A DNA stretch of 64,000 nt from Deltaproteobacteria bacterium (GTDB lineage Bacteria > Myxococcota_A > Polyangia > Fen-1088): the NCBI GenBank assembly GCA_033763315.1, contig JANRKS010000023.1, forward strand, positions 96,001 through 160,000, written 5' to 3'. Under the pieces are notes generated by a model. It made no database searches. It was not told the DNA's origin and was given only the letters and a program-made list of their open reading frames with translations. Numbering within the stretch: the first letter of the stretch is position 1; the number at the start of each line of letters is the position of its first letter. Made by a program: the position numbers and the translations under genes. This document shows, in pieces, positions 1 through 8,268 of the stretch.

Positions 1-341
1 TTCTGGATGTAACCGCGCTCGGTGTTACCCACGCCGGCAGAGGCAGATTGCGAAGACAACTCACGAAGGCGGGACAGAATATTGGTCGACTCGTTTAACG
101 AACCTTCAGCGGTTTGAATCAGCGACACACCGTCAGAAGCGTTACGCGAAGCTTGGTTATAGCTGCGAATCTGCGCTTGCAAGTTGCTGCTGATGGCGAG
201 GCCTGCAGCGTCGTCGCCCGCTTTGGTGATACGGAAACCCGAGGACAACTTTGCGAGTGAGCTGTCCAAGCTGGTTTGCGTGTTGAACAACTGGCGTTGG
301 GCTTCGAGTGAAGCGACGTTTGTTTGAATTGACATTGGCAT
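1..341 (-). CDS. fliC: Flagellin, N-terminal part (runs off window start)
   Basis: Manual translation from ATG at 341: MPMSIQTNVASLEAQRQL...KLSSGFRITKAGDDAAGLAIS...RNASDGVSLIQTAEGSLNE...LSRLRELS; AAGGAG RBS at 351-356; follows flgL. Not in the ORF track. Confidence 0.95.
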   Translation of the reverse strand, partial: MPMSIQTNVASLEAQRQLFNTQTSLDSSLAKLSSGFRITKAGDDAAGLAISSNLQAQIRSYNQASRNASDGVSLIQTAEGSLNESTNILSRLRELSSQSASAGVGNTERGYIQ

Positions 342-471
342 GGGGAAAAACTCCTTGTGTGCGGGTCTGTGCTGTCCGTACTTTGACTGCCCCGAGGGGC
401 GTCTTAGCGGACAACCCGTCCGCCTTCAGTTATGTTTTCGGCACGCTGTTTAGGGCCGATAAGAGCATTTT

Positions 472-1353
472 TCAGAGTTTGTCGATCAAGCTCATTTTGA
501 AGCTGGAGGCCGTCGCGGCCAAAGCAGCCTCAAGGGCCGTATTGGCCAGCGCCATCTTGCTGGCGGCCTCCGGAAGATCCGTCTCAGCCACATTGGCCAC
601 CTGGATCTTCATCTGATCGCGACTAAGGCGTGAGACTTGATCTGAGGTCTGCAGGATGTTCAAACTTGCGCCAGCGTCCTTGCGGGCGCCTGACACCTGA
701 TTGAGGCTCTTGTCGAACCCGTCAAGTGCGTTCTGCACGCCAACCACGTCATTGTTGCGCAGGGCAATCGCAAAGTCTCTGAGCACCTGTGTGACATCCA
801 CACCGCCACCCACACCCTTAAGCGCGATGTCAGCGCGCAGCGATACGGGCTCAAGCACCCCAGGAGCGATCTCAACTTGGCGAATGCCTGCGTCACCCAC
901 ATAGGTGCCGTCTGCCTGAAAGGGAGGTGCGTCGTCTTGCGTGCCACCAAAGATGTAGCGCCCACCAACTTCGGTGTTCATAAGCCCGATCACCGTATTG
1001 AACAGGCCATCAACTTCATTGGCTGAGGTGGCGCGGTCCGGCCCGCTGAACTGAGCGCTGCCAAGTTGCATCGCAAGTTCGCGCCCGCGTTGCATAACAT
1101 TCGACACCTCGCCGAGAACACCCTCCGCCGTGTTGAGTTCGTCGGCGGAACGCCCCACCGCTTGTTGGATCGCCTCATACCGTTGCTGCGAAATCTTGGA
1201 TGTAATGATGATGCCCGAACCGGCGGGATCGTCAGCCGCGTGCGTTATGCGCTTGCCTGAGCTGACTTCGACCATCGCTTTCTCGAGCCGCTCTCTAGCC
1301 GCGGCCGTTTGGACCTGGCCGGTGTTGAACAGCATTTTTTCAGTTACACGCAT
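472..1353 (-). CDS. flgL: Flagellar hook-associated protein 3
   Basis: Flagellin-like N-terminus (SSGKRITHAADDPAG), GRYIFGG motif, C-terminal SLIDKL; directly after flgK. Confidence 0.93.
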   Translation of the reverse strand: MRVTEKMLFNTGQVQTAAARERLEKAMVEVSSGKRITHAADDPAGSGIIITSKISQQRYEAIQQAVGRSADELNTAEGVLGEVSNVMQRGRELAMQLGSAQFSGPDRATSANEVDGLFNTVIGLMNTEVGGRYIFGGTQDDAPPFQADGTYVGDAGIRQVEIAPGVLEPVSLRADIALKGVGGGVDVTQVLRDFAIALRNNDVVGVQNALDGFDKSLNQVSGARKDAGASLNILQTSDQVSRLSRDQMKIQVANVAETDLPEAASKMALANTALEAALAATASSFKMSLIDKL

Positions 1354-1357
1354 GGGA

Positions 1358-2764
1358 TCACCTCAAATTCATCAGGGTATCCAACATCGAGTCCGCGGTC
1401 TGAATGACCTTGCTCACGGCATCGAAGGCCCGCTGCGCCTTCGTCATGTTGATCATCTCTTCGTCAATCGATACGCCCGAGACAGACTCGCGCAGGCCTT
1501 GCAGATTGCTGGCGATGGCGCCTTCTTGTTCGGATCGCGCCCCCGCCTCGCGCGTCCGCGAGCCAAAGGCCGAAATGATGCCCGCCAAAGTGGAGGCAGA
1601 GTTGTTGCCTCCAGACAGCGGCGTCCGTTCCGTCGCGATCATGGCCAATGCGTTTCCAGAATCGCCTGGCACGCCGGCCACAGAGCTGGAGGTGGCCAGC
1701 AATTTGTTGTCAGTGATGAGGTTGGTGTTTACGGAAATGGTTGACGCCGCCCCTGTCGAGGTTGCGCCCACGTTGAACATGGGCTCACCCGCATTGCCGT
1801 TGAGATCAAAGCCAGCCTGGTGCTGGGCGTTCAACACGTTTGCGAAATCGAACGCCAGGGTATCCAGGCTGTCCATCGTTTGTTTAAGCGTCACATCGCG
1901 GGCGTCGATGAAGCCACGGACTTCACCGCCCAAGGACGCGCTGCTGATAGATTCGGGCGTCAATGATCCGACCTTGGTAATTTGCACCAAAGAGAACCCT
2001 GCGTTGGCAGGATCGGGGGCCGTGCTCAATTTTGCGGCTTTTTGCCCGCTCACAAAAACGGCACCTCCCGGCAGCGCCATATTGATGTTGCCATCGGCAT
2101 CAGGCACCGGCGTGGCACCGATCAGCTGGGACAAGCGGTCACTCGCGTTGCGGCGCTCGTCGATAAGATCGTTGGGCTCGCCTCCAGTTGATCGCGATTT
2201 GACGATCTGCGCGTTGAGCAAGGCCACCCGCTCACCAAGCGCGTTTGCTTCTTCCACATTCGATTGCACACGGGCGTCGATGCCCGCGCGGGCGTTGGCG
2301 ATGCCTTCGGATGTGCGGTTGAACGAATAGGCAAGGTTGCGTGCCGAGCCGACCACCGCCGCGCGCAAACCAGGTTGGCTTGGGAATTGCCCCAACAGAC
2401 GCAGATCTGAGTAGAAATTGCCAAGCGAATCCGAAAGCCCGCCAGGTGCTTCTGGGTTCAGAGCCACCACCGCGCGTAAGCTTTGGCTCTCGGCGCTGTA
2501 TTGCGCATTCGCCGCCATCGAAGACGGGATCTGTCGCTCCAAGAACGCGTCTCGGCTTTGCGTGATCCCGCCGATGGTCACGCCCATGCCAGCATACGCG
2601 TTGGTCCGCAGATACTCTGCGGGCATCGCCTCAAGCTCAACCCGCTGTCGCGAGAAGCCGTCGGTGTTGACGTTCTGGATGTTGTGCGCCGCCGTCTGCG
2701 CAGCCGCACGGTGGGCGGCCAGACCGTTTGCCCCTTGCGATAGGATTGCGAGTAAATCGGCCAT
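1358..2764 (-). CDS. flgK: Flagellar hook-associated protein 1
   Basis: HNIQNVNTDGFSRQRV, NDLIDERR, SVSGVSIDEEMINM motifs. Confidence 0.96.
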   Translation of the reverse strand: MADLLAILSQGANGLAAHRAAAQTAAHNIQNVNTDGFSRQRVELEAMPAEYLRTNAYAGMGVTIGGITQSRDAFLERQIPSSMAANAQYSAESQSLRAVVALNPEAPGGLSDSLGNFYSDLRLLGQFPSQPGLRAAVVGSARNLAYSFNRTSEGIANARAGIDARVQSNVEEANALGERVALLNAQIVKSRSTGGEPNDLIDERRNASDRLSQLIGATPVPDADGNINMALPGGAVFVSGQKAAKLSTAPDPANAGFSLVQITKVGSLTPESISSASLGGEVRGFIDARDVTLKQTMDSLDTLAFDFANVLNAQHQAGFDLNGNAGEPMFNVGATSTGAASTISVNTNLITDNKLLATSSSVAGVPGDSGNALAMIATERTPLSGGNNSASTLAGIISAFGSRTREAGARSEQEGAIASNLQGLRESVSGVSIDEEMINMTKAQRAFDAVSKVIQTADSMLDTLMNLR

Positions 2765-2772
2765 GGTAGCCT

Positions 2773-3246
2773 CTACGCCGTTCCCGAGTACGTGGACCCG
2801 GCCAGCGGCCGGCTTTCGCCTCGGTGGTTGTAAGTGGTGGACGAGCCCGTGAGCGCGCCGAGATAACCTTTGACCATCGCGTTCGCGCGTGAAGCCAGAT
2901 GCCGGTTCAAAGCGTCCAGCTCTTTGAGCGTGCCCGCCAGCGCCCGCACCTCTGCAAGCGATGCCGCCAAGCGATCCGTGGGTTCAGCCATAAGCCGGCC
3001 CAAAGCCTCGATCGTGACCACCGGCATGTCGTACTCTTGCGCCACCGCCTTGAGGGCGTCAGCCAACTGCGCCTGCAAGTGCTTAACTTGGTTGTTGAAC
3101 CGCCCCCGCAACGCGGCCCTTTCCAGCAGGGCCTGTGAATCAAAGTTTTTGATGAGCTCGCGCTGTGTTTGTGCGCGCGCAACTTCCTCGCCCAACGCTT
3201 TATGCAAGCTTTGGCTGGTGGCGATCGCCCGTTCTATGTTTTCCAT
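2773..3246 (-). CDS. flgN: Flagellar export chaperone FlgN
   Basis: Helical 157 aa protein with LN..L..Y..TY...G C-terminus, between flgM and flgK. Confidence 0.8.
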   Translation of the reverse strand: MENIERAIATSQSLHKALGEEVARAQTQRELIKNFDSQALLERAALRGRFNNQVKHLQAQLADALKAVAQEYDMPVVTIEALGRLMAEPTDRLAASLAEVRALAGTLKELDALNRHLASRANAMVKGYLGALTGSSTTYNHRGESRPLAGSTYSGTA

Positions 3247-3249
3247 TTG

Positions 3250-3555
3250 TTAGCCCATGAAAAGGGCGCGCAGACGTGCGTCCAACTCCGCCTGTGCGAG
3301 GATTTCCTCGGCGACTTTCGACGGGTTGGGTCGGTACGATCCGCCTTTGACGGCGGCCTCCAGACGCTTGAGCCGCGCCTCCCGGTCCTCGTTGACGGCC
3401 TTCTTGGCGTTTTGAGCCATTTCAGCCGCGGTTCGCGTTTGCTCTACGCTCACACGATCCGGCTTCGCCTCCGCACGTTGCGCTTGCCCTGCGGCAGCCT
3501 CAACGGCGGGGGTTCGGTCGACCTGGGTAACTGGCTTATCGTTCGAGATCTTCAT
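3250..3555 (-). CDS. flgM: Anti-sigma28 factor FlgM
   Basis: MKI start after AAAGGAG RBS; DRVSV and RLKRLEAAVKGGSYRPNPSKVAEEIL motifs. Confidence 0.88.
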   Translation of the reverse strand: MKISNDKPVTQVDRTPAVEAAAGQAQRAEAKPDRVSVEQTRTAAEMAQNAKKAVNEDREARLKRLEAAVKGGSYRPNPSKVAEEILAQAELDARLRALFMG

Positions 3556-3569
3556 CGCGGTGTCTCCTT

Positions 3570-4340
3570 TCATTTCTTTGGAGACAGCGGCAAAGGCGCC
3601 GCTAATGTGTCTTCGACACGGATTTGATAGGCATTAAGTGCCGACCGTGGATTTGTCGGTTTTCCATCCAACCGCACCTCAAGGTGCAAGTGGGGGCCTG
3701 TGGCCCTGCCCGACTGTCCGACCTCTGCAATGATTTGTCCCGCTTTAACCAATTCCCCAGGCTTCACAGCCACTTCGCTGTTGTGTGCGTAAAGCGTGGT
3801 CACTCCGTTTCCATGATCGATCTCCACCGCCTTTCCGTATCCGCCGCGGTTGCCCGCGGTCTTCACAATTCCGTCGAGCGCCGACAAAACTGACGTGCCT
3901 ACGGGCGCCGCCATATCCACCCCCGTGTGGAAACGTGCGTCGCCCTCCAATGGATCTGAGCGCTTGCCAAACTCACTGGTCACGCGCGCTGTGGCCTCGG
4001 AAGGCGCGTGCGCGGGCAACACCTGTTGCCGCCAGGCGCCGCCTTCAGGCAGGCTGTTGTTGATGGTGCCGCGCAAAGGCGCCAATGGAGCCGCCTCATT
4101 TAACTTGCGTAGATCCACGGCGGTTTCCTTCTCGCCGAGCGCCTGTTGCAGCATCGGCCCCAACCCAAGCCCACCACCTTCGGCGATGGCGTCGGCCAAA
4201 GTCTCGATGAACATATCGGTGCGAATCTGCGAGCCTGGCGTGTCGCCGCCTGTGAAGGCCTTGCTCGCTTGCAACAGTTGGCGCGTGATCGTCGCTTCAA
4301 GCGCCATCACCGCATCGTTGGTGTCGCGAACGGGCCGCAC
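3570..4340 (-). CDS. flgJ: FlgJ-like rod-binding domain fused to M23 peptidase
   Basis: N-terminal LEA...QLL...LADAIAEGGGLGLG rod-binding motif; C-terminal HTGVD, YAHN, HLHLE M23 motifs; follows flgI. Confidence 0.8.
   Translation of the reverse strand: MRPVRDTNDAVMALEATITRQLLQASKAFTGGDTPGSQIRTDMFIETLADAIAEGGGLGLGPMLQQALGEKETAVDLRKLNEAAPLAPLRGTINNSLPEGGAWRQQVLPAHAPSEATARVTSEFGKRSDPLEGDARFHTGVDMAAPVGTSVLSALDGIVKTAGNRGGYGKAVEIDHGNGVTTLYAHNSEVAVKPGELVKAGQIIAEVGQSGRATGPHLHLEVRLDGKPTNPRSALNAYQIRVEDTLAAPLPLSPKK
3610..3636 (-). promoter_or_regulatory. Possible internal sigma28 promoter for flgM
   Basis: TAAT-N15-GTCGAAGA versus consensus TAAA-N15-GCCGATAA, about 55 bp upstream of flgM ATG. Confidence 0.35.
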
Positions 4341-5438
4341 TTACAGCACCTCCAGTTCTGCGTCCAAGGCACCTTGGGCCTTAAGCGCTTGGAAGATCGA
4401 AACCAAATCCAAAGGCGTGACGCCCAGGGTGTTCAAAGCTTTGACCAGATCATCGACCGAAGCTGTGGCCGGCAGTGCGACCATGGGCGCCGCCTTCTCT
4501 TTGGCCTCGACGCTGGCAACCTTGCCTTGCACGGTCCGCCCCGCCGAAAACGCCCCCGGCTGCGACACAAAAGGCGTTTGGCTGACAGCGATTGAAAGCC
4601 CACCATGCGCGATGGCCACCGGCCGAATGCGCACACGATCGCCCGCCACCACCGTGCCTGTGCGTTCGCTGATCACAACACGCGCCCGTTGGTCGGCGTC
4701 CACCTCAAGCCCTTCGATCTGCGTCAGCATGGCCATGGGATTGCCCTTGAGCGCGTCTGGCACTTTCACCTGAACAGCGGCTGGATCAAGCGGCTTGGCG
4801 CTGTTGGCGCCTAACGCGCCATTGATGGTGTCGGCGATGCGGCTGGCAGTCGTAAAATCAGGTTGGCGCAGACTCAGGACCACCTGATCGCCAATGGTCG
4901 GGGTCACCGCGCGCTCCACCACGGCTCCACCAGGAATGCTGCCTGACGTGGGCTGGTTCTTCTGAAATCGCGACCCCGCGGCCGACACATCATACCCGCC
5001 AACCTGTACCGGGCCTTGTGCCAGCGCGTAGACCTGGCCATCCGGGCCGGTGAGCGGCGTGACCAACAAGACACCACCGGCCAATGACATGGCGTTGCCC
5101 ATCGAGCCCACTTGCACCGTGAGCTTGCCGCCAGGGCGCGTGAACGTTGGCAACTTGGCCGTCACCATAACCGCGGCCACGTTGCGCGTGCGCACGTCCC
5201 TCGGGTCGATCCGAATCCCGAGGCGTCCCAACATGCCGCTGATGGATTGCGACGTGAAGAACACGCGTTCCGAGTCTCCGGTTTGGCGCAGACCTACAAC
5301 CAGGCCATAGCCGTAAAGCATGTTGTCGCGCACACCTTGAACCTCGACCAGCTCCTTGATGCGCGCCGGTGCGGCTTGCAACGGCACGGCGGCCAATGCC
5401 AGCGCGAGCGCAGCAGACAAAGAGATCCACGAACGCAT
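4341..5438 (-). CDS. flgI: Flagellar P-ring protein
   Basis: RIKELVEVQGVRDNMLYGYGLVVGL, NVAAVMVTA, ERTGTVV motifs; start 5438 (TGATG overlap with flgH) or 5450. Confidence 0.96.
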   Translation of the reverse strand: MRSWISLSAALALALAAVPLQAAPARIKELVEVQGVRDNMLYGYGLVVGLRQTGDSERVFFTSQSISGMLGRLGIRIDPRDVRTRNVAAVMVTAKLPTFTRPGGKLTVQVGSMGNAMSLAGGVLLVTPLTGPDGQVYALAQGPVQVGGYDVSAAGSRFQKNQPTSGSIPGGAVVERAVTPTIGDQVVLSLRQPDFTTASRIADTINGALGANSAKPLDPAAVQVKVPDALKGNPMAMLTQIEGLEVDADQRARVVISERTGTVVAGDRVRIRPVAIAHGGLSIAVSQTPFVSQPGAFSAGRTVQGKVASVEAKEKAAPMVALPATASVDDLVKALNTLGVTPLDLVSIFQALKAQGALDAELEVL

Positions 5439-6133
5439 CAGAACGGCCATATCCACCCCAGGTAGCGAGACAACCAACCTTGGCGTTGGTTATCGGTGAG
5501 CACACCTTTGCCAACGAACTCAATTTCCGCATCAGCCACCATCGAGCTTTTCACGCTGTTTTCCTGGTCGATGTCGATGGGGCGCACGACGCCTGAAATG
5601 TAAAAGTGCTGCTCTTCGGAATTCACCAAGATCACGCGGTGGCCCTCAACGAACAAGTTTCCGTTCGGCAGCACGGTGCGCACCGTCGCCGGCACGGTGG
5701 CCTGAAAGAATTCGCTGCGTGCCGTTTGCCCTTGGCCTTTGAACGAAGTCTTGTTGCTGCCCGCCAGCTTGGCCTCAAAGTCAGGGTCGATGCCCTCCAT
5801 CTTCTTTAGGAGGCCCAAGAAGGCATCGATCTTCGCTTCGGCCGTGGATTCGTGCGCCAAGTTGGTGTCAGCGCGTCGACGTGCATCAGCCACTTCTTCG
5901 ATCTTGATGACCACGAGATCATTCGTGCGTAAGGCGCGTGCGTCCGTGAACAACATCGAAGCGGGGCGGCCGGGTTGCCAGAGACTGCCATCGCTTAAGG
6001 GCCGTTCGGCGTCCTTCTGTTCGGCGGCCAATTCGTATTTGCGACGCTTCGGCTGATACTCGTTGATGTGGCTCGCCGCGCACGCGTTGCAAAGCGTGAG
6101 GCCGGCAAGCAAAAGTGTAAGGCGCGCGTTCAT
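5438..6133 (-). CDS. flgH: Flagellar L-ring lipoprotein
   Basis: Lipoprotein signal from ATG 6133 (overlaps flgA stop); LFTDARA, VLPNGNLFVEG, SGVVRPIDI, GWLSR motifs. Confidence 0.94.
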   Translation of the reverse strand: MNARLTLLLAGLTLCNACAASHINEYQPKRRKYELAAEQKDAERPLSDGSLWQPGRPASMLFTDARALRTNDLVVIKIEEVADARRRADTNLAHESTAEAKIDAFLGLLKKMEGIDPDFEAKLAGSNKTSFKGQGQTARSEFFQATVPATVRTVLPNGNLFVEGHRVILVNSEEQHFYISGVVRPIDIDQENSVKSSMVADAEIEFVGKGVLTDNQRQGWLSRYLGWIWPF

Positions 6134-6774
6134 GGCACCATGACGACCAAGCGATCGTCCTCCATCTGGCCTTCCACACGCTTGCCGGAGGGCAACACAG
6201 CGCAGGTTTGCTCGGCGCCGCAGGACACCAAGCGACCGATCTGTTCGACTTGCAGGGAGCCGAGGCGCACGCTCACGCGCACTTGTTGCCCGGCCGTTGC
6301 GCGGTTCGCTCGCACCGACGATACATCCACGATTTGGCCACCGAGCAACGTGCGCGCCGCCACGATGCCCGCAGCAGGCGTCGCCGGCTGTGCACCCCAA
6401 CCAATTTCGCGAAATTCCACTCTGGTGGCCGAATCAAGTGGCTCACCACCGCGAACGACACGCGTGGTGACCATCACGGGAGCGGTCAACTTGATGTCGA
6501 CGCGGGCCCAGCCTTCGCACGGCTGACCACCGTGCCGCTCGCCTCTAAGTTTCACGGTTATATTGCCCGAGGCCGTAACCGCTCGATCGAGGTGCGCTTG
6601 CACAACCTTGCAACCCGAAGGCAGACGCACCGATGACACCTGCACGGCGGCCGTGGCTTCGGGCAACGTCACCGCCGCCTGCACCCCTTGTTCGATGAGG
6701 CTCTGCATGGGGTTGCCCGCCACGGCCACACCAGCAGAAGCAACCACAAGGAACGCTGTGCCTAAGATGCGCAT
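6130..6774 (-). CDS. flgA: P-ring formation chaperone FlgA
   Basis: Signal peptide, SAF-like region, SGKRVEG C-terminus; between flgG and flgH. Confidence 0.8.
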   Translation of the reverse strand: MRILGTAFLVVASAGVAVAGNPMQSLIEQGVQAAVTLPEATAAVQVSSVRLPSGCKVVQAHLDRAVTASGNITVKLRGERHGGQPCEGWARVDIKLTAPVMVTTRVVRGGEPLDSATRVEFREIGWGAQPATPAAGIVAARTLLGGQIVDVSSVRANRATAGQQVRVSVRLGSLQVEQIGRLVSCGAEQTCAVLPSGKRVEGQMEDDRLVVMVP

Positions 6775-6779
6775 GGTTG

Positions 6780-7565
6780 CTACCTCAGGTTCGTGAGCTT
6801 CTGCAGCATCTGATCAGCCGTGCTGATGACCTTTGAATTCAACTCATACGAACGTTGGGTGGAAATGAGGCCGATCATCTCTTCCACGGCCTTGACGTTC
6901 GAGCCTTCGATAAACCCTTGTGCGATCGTGCCGGACCCGTTCTCTCCTGGGCGTGCCGCGATCGGTTCACCGCTTGCCACGGTTGAGCGCATCAAGTTTC
7001 CGCCGATGGCTTCCAAGCCGGCGGCGTTCGTGAACATGAAGACCTCGAGAGACCCCAGTTCAACGGGCTCGGTGCGGCCCGGAACGGTTGCCGTCACCAA
7101 GCCGTCGCCCCGAAACGTCACATTGGTGGCGTCAGGCGGCACCGTAATGCTGGGCTCGATGAGCTCCCCGTTTTGTGTTTCCAGCCGGCCAGAGGCATCG
7201 ATGCGCAAATTGCCTGCGCGTGTATAACCGATGTCACCGTTGGCTTTCTGCACCTTCAAGAAGCCATTGCCTTGGATGGCGACGTCGAGTGGGTTGTTGG
7301 TGGTGACCATATCGCCCGTCCCAAAGCTGCGCGTGGTGGCCACCGTGCGTACGCCCATGCCCATCTGCAAAGGTGACGGCCGCCCGCCGCCGTTCAATGT
7401 GGGTGCACCTGCGGGCCGCAGCGTTTCCGAAAGCAGATCCTCGAACTCGGCGCGCACACGTTTAAAGCCTGTGGTTCCGACGTTTGCCAAATTGTTGGCG
7501 ATGGTGTCCATCTGGAACTGCTGGGCTTCCATGCCCGTGGCGGCTGTATAAAGTGATCGCAACAT
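6780..7565 (-). CDS. flgG: Flagellar distal rod protein
   Basis: MLRSLYTAATGMEAQQ...ANNLAN.TTGFK, YTRAG, QRSYELNSKVI; AAGGAG RBS. Confidence 0.97.
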   Translation of the reverse strand: MLRSLYTAATGMEAQQFQMDTIANNLANVGTTGFKRVRAEFEDLLSETLRPAGAPTLNGGGRPSPLQMGMGVRTVATTRSFGTGDMVTTNNPLDVAIQGNGFLKVQKANGDIGYTRAGNLRIDASGRLETQNGELIEPSITVPPDATNVTFRGDGLVTATVPGRTEPVELGSLEVFMFTNAAGLEAIGGNLMRSTVASGEPIAARPGENGSGTIAQGFIEGSNVKAVEEMIGLISTQRSYELNSKVISTADQMLQKLTNLR

Positions 7566-7618
7566 CGGTCTTCTCCTTCGTTGGCAGAACGTCACGTTTC
7601 TGCCTTCACAAGTGAGGC

Positions 7619-7635
7619 AGCAAGTCCTAAGCCAA
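7619..7635 (-). promoter_or_regulatory. Sigma54 -24/-12 promoter of the flgG operon
   Basis: TTGGCTTAGGACTTGCT on minus strand, GG-N10-GC spacing, about 55 bp upstream of flgG. Confidence 0.7.
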
Positions 7636-7691
7636 CAGCGCGTGCCAAAGTTCTGGCGGCGAAAAGGCTCAGCTTTTCATCGCAAACGGCT

Positions 7692-7718
7692 TAAGGCCAA
7701 AGCGACGGGCACCGATTA
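7692..7718 (+). promoter_or_regulatory. Putative sigma28 promoter of fliJ
   Basis: TAAG-N15-ACCGATTA, 9 bp upstream of ATG 7728. Confidence 0.55.
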
Positions 7719-7727
7719 ACCTTGTGT

Positions 7728-8153
7728 ATGGCTCCGCGCACGCGCCTTGATCCTGTGGTTCGGCTTGAAGAGCACCGCGAAGAACGCAGCCTTCAACAGT
7801 TGGCGGCGGCAAACCGCCAACTGATGGCCGCGCAAAAAGCGTTGCAAGACGCGCAAGACGAAGCGAAACAAGATCACCGCACGCCCGGCCCGGCCTGCTT
7901 GTGGGATGTGGCTGAACACGCGCACTCGCACGCACGCTTCGCTGTGGAGCGCGCCACGCAACAGGCGCAACAGGCGCAATCGGCGCAAGGCTCGTCCCGC
8001 ACGCAGTATTTGTCGATCCACGCACGCGCCGAAGCGATCCGCCGCGTGGCCACGAACCGCCGTGAAGAGATGATCAAAGAAGGCGAAAAGGCCGCCGCGC
8101 GTGAAGTGGAAGACATGATGCTTATGCGACGTCGCAAAGCCAACGTGGCTTAG
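7728..8153 (+). CDS. fliJ: Flagellar export protein FliJ-like
   Basis: RLDPVVRLEEHREE N-terminus, ~140 aa coiled coil, E...EVED C-terminus; flagellar context. Confidence 0.75.
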   Translation: MAPRTRLDPVVRLEEHREERSLQQLAAANRQLMAAQKALQDAQDEAKQDHRTPGPACLWDVAEHAHSHARFAVERATQQAQQAQSAQGSSRTQYLSIHARAEAIRRVATNRREEMIKEGEKAAAREVEDMMLMRRRKANVA

Positions 8154-8268
8154 CCAACGACCTGTTAACGCACAGCGTTGTGCCCCGGCTCAATAGATGA
8201 CGCTCGTTCTTCTATTGGACGCATGAAGCGCTTGCGGTTTGCGCGGCGATCGCCAGAATGTGCGGCGC

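Noticed and set aside
380-470. Sigma28 promoter for fliC
   Set aside because: GCCGAAAA and TCCGCTAA candidates lack a -35 at 15-bp spacing; the perfect GCCGATAA is on the opposite strand
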